This document shows, in pieces, positions 35,965-46,064 of a stretch of 64,000 nt of DNA (its first letter is position 1; each line of letters starts with the position of its first letter). This DNA comes from an uncultured virus (IMG/VR IMGVR_UViG_3300034019_001883). Taxonomy: Duplodnaviria > Heunggongvirae > Uroviricota > Caudoviricetes. The notes beneath the pieces are model-generated. The model was not told the DNA's origin. It saw only the letters and a list, made by a program, of their open reading frames with translations, and did no database searches. A program made the position numbers and the translations under genes. Where the stretch lies: positions 1-64,000 of IMG/VR virus record IMGVR_UViG_3300034019_001883; one strand, given 5' to 3'.

Positions 35965-36711
35965 ATGGATAGCAACCTAGCTGGGGGTGAAAGCGCCCTT
36001 TTCGGGGAACGGTTCCCCTACCCCTGTGATGGAAAAACCGTCCTACTAGACATTGCCCGACAATTTGCCAAGGACGTTAACGAGGCGGCCATCAAGCGCC
36101 TTAAAACAGACCATGGGGATAGTCGCGCTAGCCAATGGCTACCATTGGATGTGACTAGCGCCTATCCGACCGCCCGTCAACACTGCCCGCGCATCGCTAT
36201 CCTCCGGCTCGGCTCAACCAATAAACCCACCGGGGTGGACTTGGACTGGCATGAAGAGCCCGTACAACTGCCCGGGCGTGGGTTGACGGTTCGTAAATTT
36301 TCAGGGCTACTGGTTAACGACCAACTAGAGGCGGCCATCTGTTGTACTAATGAACGCCTACGCGATGACCTGCACATCTGGTTCCAGCAATATTGCCTAG
36401 ACGCGACGCTGTGGGCACTTCCACAACTGAGGACACTCGGCTTTTATCAACTGAACTGTACTAATGCCGCCGATGACCAGGTGGAGTACCAAGGCACCCA
36501 GAGTCAGCCAGGGTTTGAGTTTTACGTGTCCCGCCTAACCTTTGCTGCCACCTACGACCTATCGGTAGTGACTGATGTGGATCAGTTGCAGCACATTTTC
36601 AGTTGGGAAAATTTCACCGCCGGTGGCCAATGGTCTGGTGCAGCAGGCGAAGGGTTAGACCTACTCAACGACATCACTCCCCCGGATAGACTCTATGCCG
36701 ATAACGCTTGA
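35965..36711 (+). CDS. Putative tail terminator/completion protein
   Basis: Position before sheath; CPRIAILR...R.DL pattern. Confidence 0.55.
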   Translation: MDSNLAGGESALFGERFPYPCDGKTVLLDIARQFAKDVNEAAIKRLKTDHGDSRASQWLPLDVTSAYPTARQHCPRIAILRLGSTNKPTGVDLDWHEEPVQLPGRGLTVRKFSGLLVNDQLEAAICCTNERLRDDLHIWFQQYCLDATLWALPQLRTLGFYQLNCTNAADDQVEYQGTQSQPGFEFYVSRLTFAATYDLSVVTDVDQLQHIFSWENFTAGGQWSGAAGEGLDLLNDITPPDRLYADNA

Positions 36712-36847
36712 ATTATTCGCTAATCAATACCTGTCAGACCATCAACGCGCCGCCGCCCTGGCAACGCTGGCAGGCCACACCGAGCCGCGATCGCTAGACG
36801 AATGGCGACGGCTATGGCAACGGGCATTACTCACTCCAGTTCAATAG
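36695..36847 (+). CDS. Small protein preceding tail sheath (50 aa)
   Basis: MPITLELFANQYL...RSLDEWRRLW...TPVQ*. Confidence 0.55.
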   Translation: MPITLELFANQYLSDHQRAAALATLAGHTEPRSLDEWRRLWQRALLTPVQ

Positions 36848-36856
36848 GAAACTCCC

Positions 36857-39271
36857 ATGGCTTCTAGTGTTGTTTTCGGTCGGCCCGTCAGCCGTATTTT
36901 GCAACCCGGTGCCTACACCCAGGTGGATGCCTCCGCCCTGGAGTTGGCCCAGGAATTTGCCCCCAATGTTGTTTGTGTGCTAGGTGCAGCCCTAGGTGGC
37001 ACGCCCCTGACCACCTACGCATTCAAAAATGCTAACCAAGCCCAGCAGGTATTTGGTGCTGGTTCACCCTTGGCTGATGCCATCACCCTTACCTTTCGCG
37101 GTGGCGTCAAGGGCGGTGCGCCCCTAGTGCTAGGGGTACGGGCGGACAATTCCGCCAAAGCCTCCGGCACCCTCACCAACAATGGCACCACCCTAGTGGG
37201 TGAATTTAAGGACTTTGGCGGCTACGGCAATACCTTCAGTGTTCAGTTTCTACCCGGTTCCATCCAGGGCACCCAGGCGGTGATTGCTGGCACCCAACTC
37301 AATGGCACCGCCTATAAGCAAACCATCGACAATGTGCCCTCTGTCTCTCAATTGCTAGAGCGGCTAACCGCTGAGTCACCGGTATCGGTGCGGGCCACCG
37401 CTGGCGGCACCAAGGCAACCCAGACCCTAACGATCGCTACCTCCACCAGTGACGGCAAGGCAACACTGACCGGCGCTAGTGAGATTACCAATGCCGCATT
37501 CTTCTACCAATACCCGGCTAGCTTGCGGGTGAATACCACCGACTCGCTTGCCTTCTCCTGGGATGGGACTAACCTAACCCCAACGCCTGCCACCGTGACG
37601 GTATCAGCGGCCCTGCCCGCCACTGTCAACGGCACCTACAACGTTGTCCGCAAGGAGAACGTTTACACCCAAGCGGTTACTAACATGGTGGTCACCACCA
37701 CCGCCTATGGTGCTAATATCTACCGCTTTGCCCTGCCTAGTGGCCAAACCTGGCAGCATGCCACCAACAAAGGTATTATTGGCTCTACCTTTACCATCGC
37801 CTCCGGTGACTACGCCGGCACCTATCAGATTGTTCATTACGAATGGGATGGCACCGGCTTAGACCGGGTGCGCACGGTGCAAAAGCTAGACGCTGGCACC
37901 ATTGCCGCTGGCACCGCCGCTAGTGCGTCCCTAGTGTTCCGGCAAACCCTGGTGGTAGATCCGCCCTCCCAGCCTGCCACTGAAGCGATCGAGACCCAGC
38001 TACCCGCCAATGGCATCCTGCAACGGGGTGGCCAATACCTGAGCCTGTCGCTTACCCCCAGCGATCGCGCCGAAGGCCCCCTAACGGTGTTCTACTCCAC
38101 CCTGCCTGGCGATACCATCCAGGCGGTAGGTATCGAACTGGCCCGACTAATTAACGAGTCCAATGACTGGAGCGCCTACGCTGTTGCCAGTGCCGCCTAC
38201 AATGCAGGCACCTACACCAGCACCATCACCTTAACCGCCGTACCCCCGGGCATCAGTGCCAATGGCTGGAAAACTAATATCCTGGTTAACACCCAGACGA
38301 CGGTGTTAGTGGCCGCCGGTGGTGTGTCCCTAGCCGGTGGCATTGACCCATTGCCACCCTCCGGCTCCATTATCCTTAGCAATGGCTTTGACTCTGTTCC
38401 TACCCTGCAACGATGGCTGGAAGCCCTCGATAAGGTGAAATATACGCCCCTGCGCTACCTAGTGCCCGCTGGCGTCACCGATGCCGGCGTTCAAGCCGCC
38501 TTTGCCGACCATTGTCGATTGATGTCTACCACCGCCCAACGGCGGGAACGGATCTGTATTTTGGGCCATGCCCTAGGCTGGACCCAATCACAAATCCGGG
38601 CCAGGGCGGAAACCTTTAACAGCGAACGGGTAGTATTTGTCTCCCCCGGACTGCGCATGGCGGACCTGGTGACCGGCAGCCAACGTACCTACTCCTCCGC
38701 CTATGCCACTACCGCGATCGTGGCGGGGATGCTGGCGGCTGAAGGCAATGGCGTCTCTGACCCGATTACCCATACCTTCCTAACCAATATCACCGCTGCT
38801 GAATTTGAGTACCAACCCGGTAGCACTGAACTAGATGATGCGATTATCTCCGGCATTCTAACCATCGAGCGTGACCCTACCCTGGTGCGGGAGTCCCGGG
38901 GCTTTCGGGTGACCCGGGCCATCACCACCGCCCGTTCCTCTGTCGTATTTGAGCAAATCTCAATTATCAACCAGAGCGACTACGTGGCCCAGACGGTACG
39001 CGACCTGGAGGAAACCCTATTCATCGGCAAGGCGTTAGATGGCACCACCCTGGGGCTCATCCGCGAGGCGGTGAACCTTACCCTAGACCGGCTTAGCAGT
39101 CAGGCCATCATCTACGGTTACGACCCCAGCTTTACGGCGGCAACGCTCAACCAAACCAACCGCAGCGCGATCGACGTGACCTACAAGATCTACCCGGCCC
39201 CCGCGATCGACTTTATCCTGAACTCGCAAATCCTGGCGCCGGTGCCTGATACCGCCACCGTGGCCGCGTAG
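36857..39271 (+). CDS. Contractile tail sheath protein with a large central insertion
   Basis: PGAYTQVD N-terminus; FNSERV, RAITT, FIGK, YPAPAIDFI C-terminus. Confidence 0.9.
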   Translation: MASSVVFGRPVSRILQPGAYTQVDASALELAQEFAPNVVCVLGAALGGTPLTTYAFKNANQAQQVFGAGSPLADAITLTFRGGVKGGAPLVLGVRADNSAKASGTLTNNGTTLVGEFKDFGGYGNTFSVQFLPGSIQGTQAVIAGTQLNGTAYKQTIDNVPSVSQLLERLTAESPVSVRATAGGTKATQTLTIATSTSDGKATLTGASEITNAAFFYQYPASLRVNTTDSLAFSWDGTNLTPTPATVTVSAALPATVNGTYNVVRKENVYTQAVTNMVVTTTAYGANIYRFALPSGQTWQHATNKGIIGSTFTIASGDYAGTYQIVHYEWDGTGLDRVRTVQKLDAGTIAAGTAASASLVFRQTLVVDPPSQPATEAIETQLPANGILQRGGQYLSLSLTPSDRAEGPLTVFYSTLPGDTIQAVGIELARLINESNDWSAYAVASAAYNAGTYTSTITLTAVPPGISANGWKTNILVNTQTTVLVAAGGVSLAGGIDPLPPSGSIILSNGFDSVPTLQRWLEALDKVKYTPLRYLVPAGVTDAGVQAAFADHCRLMSTTAQRRERICILGHALGWTQSQIRARAETFNSERVVFVSPGLRMADLVTGSQRTYSSAYATTAIVAGMLAAEGNGVSDPITHTFLTNITAAEFEYQPGSTELDDAIISGILTIERDPTLVRESRGFRVTRAITTARSSVVFEQISIINQSDYVAQTVRDLEETLFIGKALDGTTLGLIREAVNLTLDRLSSQAIIYGYDPSFTAATLNQTNRSAIDVTYKIYPAPAIDFILNSQILAPVPDTATVAA

Positions 39272-39391
39272 GAGTCTACCAAAAGTTCACATTTAGGCTG
39301 AAACCGCCATGCGATAATGGTTCTAGTACAAGAGTCCTAGGGTGGTGACACACCCCAGGACTCGGAGCCAACCTAGTAGAAGTAGGTCAGC

Positions 39392-40480
39392 ATGGACATT
39401 CTATCTGAATTTGGGTTTGACCCCAACGTTGTTTACCTCGGCAAGCCTTGCGTTCACGGACACACCTTAGGAGATACCGGGCTAACAGTTCGGCATAAAA
39501 ACACCAGAAAGCAGTGTGTTACCTGCGCTCAGGCGTCCCAAAAGAAAGTCAAAGCATCCGCCAATGCTGAATCCGCCAGCTTTTTCCATGACCCTGAATC
39601 TGACGCAATCCTAGAGCAGCATGGATTCAATACCTCTAAATTTATCCTTGGTTCTATCTGCAAGAAAGGGCACGAGTTTGAGAGCACCGGTAAAGGGTTA
39701 CGCTATCGCTGCGGATCTGGTCGCTATGCAGGCAAACCTAAGGACTGTGCTCAGTGCATCGAAATCCAGCGGACACAGTGGAAGAAAGATAACCACGATC
39801 GCTACATCGAGAACAACAAAAGGTACTACCACGAAAACCGCGATCGCCTCCTAGAAAGAAGCAAGGCTTACTATCAAGCGCATCGCCAAGAACAAATTGC
39901 CTACACCGCTAAGTGGGAGAAAGAATATAAAGCCCGTGATCCTGAGGGATACGCGGCGATGCGGAAAAAGTGCGACGAAAACCGGAGGCAAAAGCACCGA
40001 GAGAAAATAAACGAGGCGAAAAGGAAGAAATACCGTGAGTCAACCTGGAAGTATTACCAAGACAGATACCTAGCCAACAAAGAGGAGCACAACAAAAGGT
40101 CAAGGGACTGGAAACGCGCCAACCCTGAGAAGCATGTAGCGAAGGAACGGCGTAGACGAGCCAGAAAAAGTCAAAATCATTGCGTCCACATTCCAGGCGA
40201 TATGCTTGCGGCACACCTCAAAGCGTTTGACGGAAAATGCGCTTATTGTGTCTCTCAAGAATTTAGTCACTGGGATCATTTCATCCCAATTTGTAAAGGC
40301 GGACCAGAAGCGCTTAACAATCTTTTGCCCGCCTGCAAACGATGCAACACTAGCAAAAATGCTCAAGATCCTAAAGAATGGTACGGAAAACAAGCTTTCT
40401 ACTCTTCTAAGCAATGGAAAAAGATCCTTAGAATTCTGGGAAAGGCTTCTGGTCCACACACTCAACTCCCATTACTTTAA
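39392..40480 (+). CDS. Free-standing HNH endonuclease
   Basis: Two CxxGH..CxxC units; Lys/Arg-rich helix; CAYC...DHFIPICKGG...NLLPACKRCNTSK. Confidence 0.85.
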   Translation: MDILSEFGFDPNVVYLGKPCVHGHTLGDTGLTVRHKNTRKQCVTCAQASQKKVKASANAESASFFHDPESDAILEQHGFNTSKFILGSICKKGHEFESTGKGLRYRCGSGRYAGKPKDCAQCIEIQRTQWKKDNHDRYIENNKRYYHENRDRLLERSKAYYQAHRQEQIAYTAKWEKEYKARDPEGYAAMRKKCDENRRQKHREKINEAKRKKYRESTWKYYQDRYLANKEEHNKRSRDWKRANPEKHVAKERRRRARKSQNHCVHIPGDMLAAHLKAFDGKCAYCVSQEFSHWDHFIPICKGGPEALNNLLPACKRCNTSKNAQDPKEWYGKQAFYSSKQWKKILRILGKASGPHTQLPLL

Positions 40481-40515
40481 TGGCCACCTAAGTTTATTTT
40501 CTCTGGAGACAACAA

Positions 40516-41079
40516 ATGTTTAGGCAGACATATTCACGGGTGGAAAACTCCGTCTTTGCCAGGGCTGAGTTTTCGCTTGATATTGCTTTGGTTATCAATG
40601 GGTTACGCCTAGGGCGGATTCAATCGATCTCGATTTCCGCCCAAACCCAAGCCCGGCCCGCTATCGAGATTGGCAGCGATCGCGCCGTCGAATTTGTCCC
40701 TGGCATCAAACAGTACCAAGGACGGATTAGCTCGATGATGCTCAAGTATGGCGACCTGATGAAGCGCCTGGCGTCAGTCAGTGGTGGCATCATCGATCGC
40801 ACCAGCCGAGCGGCGACCATCACCAACATGCCCGAGTTCGACATTGTGATTGCCCGTCGGGGCAGTGCCGGGGTAGGCGTCCCTCAGCTCTATGCCCCCA
40901 CCCAAGGCCCCCAGGACCTATCCGGTGGTGGCGGCATCATTGGCACGATCTTTGGTTGTGTGATCAACTCCTGGGAGTGTAATTTCACCGCCCAGGACAC
41001 CTTGATCATGGAAAACGTGTCCTTCTCAGCGATTGACCAAACCCTAAGCGATGGCGGCGGGTTGATCGCGCTTCCCTAG
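40516..41079 (+). CDS. Tail tube protein
   Basis: LGRIQSIS...EIGS...EFVPG...GC.I.S...IMENVSF.A; GGAG RBS. Confidence 0.8.
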   Translation: MFRQTYSRVENSVFARAEFSLDIALVINGLRLGRIQSISISAQTQARPAIEIGSDRAVEFVPGIKQYQGRISSMMLKYGDLMKRLASVSGGIIDRTSRAATITNMPEFDIVIARRGSAGVGVPQLYAPTQGPQDLSGGGGIIGTIFGCVINSWECNFTAQDTLIMENVSFSAIDQTLSDGGGLIALP

Positions 41080-41099
41080 TTCTTTAATGCGAGTGCAAA

Positions 41100-41537
41100 A
41101 TGACGACCGTAACAATGACCGTGACGGGGTTTGAGCGGCTAGGCACCTTAGTCGTTCGACCCCGCACCTTTAACGACTCCATGTTTTTAATTCCTGCTTA
41201 CCAGGACCGGTTCATTAACCGTGCCCTGGCGGAGGCAGGCATTGAGGGGGTAGACGCTGGCGACCAGCTACGGTATAACGCCCTGGTGGTAGCGATCGCC
41301 CAGGCGGTGATTGTAGAACCAGTCGGGTTTGTGGACCAGTTGCTAACCTCTACCAATTCAGAGGACTTTCAATTTTTTGGCAAATTTGCTGAGGAGTATT
41401 CCGCCTGGCTGGACCAGCAGGTTGAGGATGCCCAAGCAAAAAAATCTGGGACGGTAGCGACAGCGGACGGTGGGAAAAAATCTGTTTCATCCTCCGCGAT
41501 CGCTACCGACTCCTCCCAACTGACCCTCGATGGTTAG
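41100..41537 (+). CDS. Tail assembly chaperone (gpG-like)
   Basis: Between tube and TMP; A AAA AAA slippery site at 41438-41444. Confidence 0.8.
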   Translation: MTTVTMTVTGFERLGTLVVRPRTFNDSMFLIPAYQDRFINRALAEAGIEGVDAGDQLRYNALVVAIAQAVIVEPVGFVDQLLTSTNSEDFQFFGKFAEEYSAWLDQQVEDAQAKKSGTVATADGGKKSVSSSAIATDSSQLTLDG

Positions 41538-41710
41538 CGATGAGTGAGGCTCAGGTGATCCTAGAGTATCGGCAAGTGATTGAGCTTGAGCAAGAACGCA
41601 ATGCCGACGGCAATCCAGACAATAGCGAATTCCACGACGATAGCTACGAGCAAGAGCTAAGGGAACTTGGGGTAACGCCTGAGATGCTCGACCAGATGCG
41701 TGGGAAATAG
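41441..41710 (+). CDS. -1 frameshift extension of the tail chaperone (gpGT-like)
   Basis: Open -1 frame KIWDG...RYRLLPTDPRWLAMSEAQV...MRGK*. Confidence 0.75.
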   Translation, partial: KIWDGSDSGRWEKICFILRDRYRLLPTDPRWLAMSEAQVILEYRQVIELEQERNADGNPDNSEFHDDSYEQELRELGVTPEMLDQMRGK

Positions 41711-41731
41711 CTTTAAGTTGCACCCGCAAGA

Positions 41732-41772
41732 TGCCCCCGTTGTTACCTCCCTCGTAACGACGGGGGCTTTTC
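41732..41772 (+). terminator. Hairpin/terminator before the tape measure gene
   Basis: gcccccgttgttac...gtaacgacgggggc followed by tttt. Confidence 0.6.
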
Positions 41773-41784
41773 TTATTTACGGCC

Positions 41785-44700
41785 ATGGCTGACCAAGAAC
41801 ATAAGTTAGAGTACGTCCTAAACCTAGACCCGAGTGGCTTCATTGAAGGGGCAGAACGCGCCATCAATAAGCAACAGGACCTAGAACGCCATTTCAGCAC
41901 CGGTGCGCCCTCAGCGGCGGCAGCCTCAGCGGCAGGTGGTGGGGGTTCCTTTGAGCCATTGCCGCGCCCTACCACTGACACCGGTGGGGCATTGCCACCG
42001 CCCCCGCAGCCAACCACCGACAGGGGCACCCTAGGCGACTTCCAGCAACGAGTGCAAGCGGTACAGGCGATCGCGCCCAATGCGCCGGACGTGGCCAATA
42101 TGGCCGCCTCCCGCCTGCAAACCTCGATCCTCCATGCGTCGTTGAAGGACCCGGATAGCGCTAAGGACTACCAAGACCTAATCAACTCCCTGCGGGAACT
42201 ACGCAGTTCATTGCAGGAGGACGGCAAAAAAAAGGACGGCACTAACGACTTGCTTGGCTGGATGAAAAATCTAGCCATCATGCAAACCGCGACCAGCGTA
42301 GGCTCATCGGTAGCCGGTAATGCCATGCAGGGCAATATCGGCGCCGCCGCTGGTGGTGCTGTGGGGGCAGGTATCGGCGGGTTACTTGGCATGTTGGGCG
42401 GCCCTGCCGGGATGATGACCGGGCTAGGGATAGGTGCCTCCGTTGGTAGTGGCATCGGCGGCATGGTAGATCGCCTTGTTCGGGGTGCCGATCAATCCCT
42501 TGCCTACGAAACCCAGATTACAGACATTAACCAGCGCTTTGGCGTAGGCGGCGTTGGCAGGCTGCGTAATTTTGAACTAGGCACCCAGAACGGGTTTAGA
42601 GTAGAAGAAACCGCCGGGCTGATTGACCAGCTACGGGAAAACCGAGCTTTAAGCAACCCGGCCATGGCCGGACCCCTGGTTAATACCATCCAGGAGCTTA
42701 CCCGGGCGCTAGGGCTCAACGTAGAAGCCACCGCCAATATGGCTGGCGTCTACTCTCGCACCGGCGGCGAGAAGGGTGCTGAAGGCGTTCGTGGCTACCT
42801 ATCCGATGTGGTAGGTGGTGCCATCCGCGCCGGGTTCGAGTCCAACATTCAGCAGTACGCTGACATGATGGGTAGCGCCCGGATGCAAGCGGTGCAGCAG
42901 ACCGGCCAGGGGATGAGCGATCGCGCCTTTGGCTTGCTCCAGGACGTAATGGCAGGGCTAACCGGCGGCAATTCCCGCACATCTGCCCTGTTTAGGGATA
43001 ACGTGCAGATGGCTGGGGCGGGCTTACAGAGCTTCCTGTCCTACGGTGGCACCGCTGACCCCTATGGCACCTCAGCAGCCTACCTGAGGCTAGCAGGCGT
43101 CGATGAGGCGGCCCTAGACTCGCGGTTTAATTCACCTGAGCAGATGATGGCCAATGCGCAGCGGGTGCTGCGGATGACCACCAACCGGGTGCAGGGCATC
43201 TCCGGGATGGGTGCCGATGAATTTAGGGCAGCGGCGGCTAGTGATCCGAATTTCGTCCAGAACCTAATTGCTGGCAATTCAGGGCTACAGCGGCAAACCT
43301 CAGCCACCCTGCAGGGCATCCTAGGACGACAAGCGACCGCCCAGGACCTCCGTACCTTTGAAGAGCTGGCCAATATTAGCGCCGCCAATGGCGGACGGCT
43401 GCCGACCGGCCCGGGCGGTGATGGCGGACGGGTGGAGCAATTGCTAGCCCAGCTACAGGAAAGCCCAGGCGACCAAGCGCGGAAATTAGAGGCGGAGGCG
43501 CATAACCTGACCATCAAAGCGATGTCTAACCTCAATGAGGCGTCGCTGAAGATGAAGGAAACCCAGGTGGAGCTATTGAAGCAGCTCAATGGCTTGCCCC
43601 TTGAAGAGATTGGCAAAGGACTTACGGCAGCCATAGACGGGATACTTAAATTCATTCGTGAGGCAGGACCACAGATCGCCAACCTAGTTAAAGAAGGCAT
43701 ATCCGCCTTCCATAAACTCAGGGATACGATGAATGACTTTAGGAATAGCGCGATCGGTAAGCTGATCTTTGGGGGTGACACCAATTCAAGGGAAATCGGA
43801 GAACAGGTTGGCAGCGCCATCTCTAGCCCAGTAGGACGATCCGCAGCACTTTCTTTTGCCGCCGGATTGCCCGGACCTATTGGCTCTATAGCAACGGCGG
43901 CCAATATCGTTCGGACCGTGGAGGAGAACCCTGAAGCCGTAAGTGTTGAAAATGCGCAGCAAGGCGCTGAGTACATTCGGCGCCATGGACCCTTTGGCGA
44001 ACCCGCTAGGCGGATAATCCCTAGGGCTTTGAGAAGTGCTACAAACTACATTGGCGGACTGATTGATGGTGCTTTCAACGACACCCCCGGCAGCGTTACC
44101 GCTGGACCTGGCTATAACGTTTTTGCATTTGCCCCCGGGGATATTGTCTCCGCCCGCATGGGTGGCACCAGCGGCGGTGCATCATTGACCGACATCTTTC
44201 AGGTGCTTCGAGAGTCCAACCTGATGGACATCCAGGCGTACCAAACCGCCACCGAACAGCGCAAACTATTGCAGGACGTAACCAACGACATCCTGAAGAC
44301 CGACCTATTGATTCACGTCAACTCTGAAATCAACACCCAGCGGCAACTACCCAGCATCATCCAGATGATGCAAGCCTTCTTTCCCCAACTAATTTCAGCG
44401 GTGGACTCCGTACGGGAAGCATTGGTGTCAACGCTTAATTCAGTGATGGGTGGAGCAGGCGGTGGTGGTGGTGGGGCCAGTGGCGCTTTTGCTTCCGGGT
44501 TGTTCACTGGCCCTAGTCAATTTATCGGCGGCAGCACATCTAACCATATTGACAGCAAATTCAGAACAACCCTGTCCTGGGAGGAAATTGACGGTTATTT
44601 CATGCAAATGGCGCAAGCCTACACTGAGCAAGGGCGACGGATAGAATTTAGCAATGATGCTGTTTCTGGGCAGGTTTACGATCCAAGCGCTCCACAAGCT

Positions 44701-45708
44701 GAACGCATTCGGTTATTGCAACGCGCCGCCGCCGCTCATAGCCATAGTCAACATGAAGGCTGGTACAGCTTTGACTACTTCATCCCTATGGGTAATGATG
44801 CCCGCAGCACTGCGCCCGGAAGCAGCTCCGCCGGTGCTGAAATTTACCTGCCTACTGTGCCAGACGGGCGGGTAAATTATGGCACTACAGGGAATTATGG
44901 GAACTATGCCAATATCTACGACGAGAACGGCAACTTAATTATTAAAACCGGACATGGGGATAACCGCCGCGATCGCCCCCAAGGCAGGACGTTCCCCAGT
45001 CAGCCAGCGGCAGCGGCAGGTGGTGGCGGTGGTACTGCCAGCGCCGCAGACTTTATCAAGCAGTTCGAGGGCTTCCACCCAACACCCTATTGGGATCATC
45101 AGCAATATAGTTGGGGCTATGGCACCCGCGCCCCCGGCGCCCATGGCTCAATCACCCGCGAGCAAGCTGAAGCGGAACTACAGCGACATCTAGCAGGCGT
45201 CAACCGAACAATTGACGAACTTGTAACGGTGCCACTAAACGAAAACCAGCGCACCGCCCTACAGTCGTTTATTTACAATGTTGGCGGCGGGGAGGACGGG
45301 TTTGCCGGTTCTACCCTGCTACGCCGCCTGAACCGGGGCGACTACGCTGGAGCAGCCAATGAATTCAGGCGATGGAATAAAGCTGACGGCGAAGTTCTCC
45401 CGGGGCTTACCCGCCGGCGGCAGATGGAAGCTGACCTATTCAGGCGCCCTGTTAACCTACGGGCCAGCGCTGGCGATCCATCCAGGGAGCTAGTAGCATC
45501 CATGGGACGCGGCAACCAAACCAACAACCGCACCACTAACATCACCGTCAACATCGCTAGCGCCACCGACCCCGCTCGCACCCGGCAGGAGGTAACCAAC
45601 GCCATCCACGCCGCCCGACCCTACCTGGACGAATTTGAGCAAACCCGCCAAGGTAGCCGCGATCGCAACCCGCGCAATAGCGGCAACCTATCGCCGGTGT
45701 ATGGCTAA
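41785..45708 (+). CDS. Tape measure protein with C-terminal M23-like and GH24 lysozyme domains
   Basis: 1307 aa, Ala/Gly-rich; FIKQFEG..YWD..WGYG..NQRTAL.SF.YNVG..GLTRRR..E..LF. Confidence 0.85.
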   Translation: MADQEHKLEYVLNLDPSGFIEGAERAINKQQDLERHFSTGAPSAAAASAAGGGGSFEPLPRPTTDTGGALPPPPQPTTDRGTLGDFQQRVQAVQAIAPNAPDVANMAASRLQTSILHASLKDPDSAKDYQDLINSLRELRSSLQEDGKKKDGTNDLLGWMKNLAIMQTATSVGSSVAGNAMQGNIGAAAGGAVGAGIGGLLGMLGGPAGMMTGLGIGASVGSGIGGMVDRLVRGADQSLAYETQITDINQRFGVGGVGRLRNFELGTQNGFRVEETAGLIDQLRENRALSNPAMAGPLVNTIQELTRALGLNVEATANMAGVYSRTGGEKGAEGVRGYLSDVVGGAIRAGFESNIQQYADMMGSARMQAVQQTGQGMSDRAFGLLQDVMAGLTGGNSRTSALFRDNVQMAGAGLQSFLSYGGTADPYGTSAAYLRLAGVDEAALDSRFNSPEQMMANAQRVLRMTTNRVQGISGMGADEFRAAAASDPNFVQNLIAGNSGLQRQTSATLQGILGRQATAQDLRTFEELANISAANGGRLPTGPGGDGGRVEQLLAQLQESPGDQARKLEAEAHNLTIKAMSNLNEASLKMKETQVELLKQLNGLPLEEIGKGLTAAIDGILKFIREAGPQIANLVKEGISAFHKLRDTMNDFRNSAIGKLIFGGDTNSREIGEQVGSAISSPVGRSAALSFAAGLPGPIGSIATAANIVRTVEENPEAVSVENAQQGAEYIRRHGPFGEPARRIIPRALRSATNYIGGLIDGAFNDTPGSVTAGPGYNVFAFAPGDIVSARMGGTSGGASLTDIFQVLRESNLMDIQAYQTATEQRKLLQDVTNDILKTDLLIHVNSEINTQRQLPSIIQMMQAFFPQLISAVDSVREALVSTLNSVMGGAGGGGGGASGAFASGLFTGPSQFIGGSTSNHIDSKFRTTLSWEEIDGYFMQMAQAYTEQGRRIEFSNDAVSGQVYDPSAPQAERIRLLQRAAAAHSHSQHEGWYSFDYFIPMGNDARSTAPGSSSAGAEIYLPTVPDGRVNYGTTGNYGNYANIYDENGNLIIKTGHGDNRRDRPQGRTFPSQPAAAAGGGGGTASAADFIKQFEGFHPTPYWDHQQYSWGYGTRAPGAHGSITREQAEAELQRHLAGVNRTIDELVTVPLNENQRTALQSFIYNVGGGEDGFAGSTLLRRLNRGDYAGAANEFRRWNKADGEVLPGLTRRRQMEADLFRRPVNLRASAGDPSRELVASMGRGNQTNNRTTNITVNIASATDPARTRQEVTNAIHAARPYLDEFEQTRQGSRDRNPRNSGNLSPVYG

Positions 45709-45804
45709 AGCAAATTTGCAACCCTATCGCCAATCTGCGCGAACCGATAGTATCCTAGAACTAGGATGGGCATCGTCTAATCAATAGTTCTTATAGTGTG
45801 TCCC

Positions 45805-45987
45805 ATGAAACAGCCTGTTTACGACAAATTCCCTTTTTACGCTTCGGCAACTACTCAGGTAGTGGCGGCTCGGCTTAGTGCTGAGCTATTCGAGCGGATG
45901 GAAATGGTGAGAAGGGATACCAACAAAACTAGAACCGATCTAATTGCTGAGGCGCTAGAGCGGTTCCTGCAGGAGCAGACAAATTAA
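45805..45987 (+). CDS. Ribbon-helix-helix (CopG-like) regulator
   Basis: VVAARLSAELFERME...TRTDLIAEALERFL. Confidence 0.75.
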   Translation: MKQPVYDKFPFYASATTQVVAARLSAELFERMEMVRRDTNKTRTDLIAEALERFLQEQTN

Positions 45988-46064
45988 AACCCCCCAGCCA
46001 CGGGGCTAGGGGGTTGAGTGCGGGTGTCGGTACGAACGAAACCCTTATTAAAGGAATAAATGCT

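Noticed and set aside
35904..35972. 22-aa hydrophobic micro-ORF (MLWFIAIAALLAILLFEIAING)
   Set aside because: Coupled start is suggestive, but it is too short to support without homologues or expression data.
41472..41480. Alternative frameshift site GGG AAA AAA
   Set aside because: Not an X XXY YYZ heptamer in the chaperone reading frame; the upstream A AAA AAA fits.
43080..43976. 298-aa minus-strand ORF and similar antisense ORFs in the track
   Set aside because: Shadows of GC-rich plus-strand genes, Ser/Pro/Arg-rich and without recognisable motifs.
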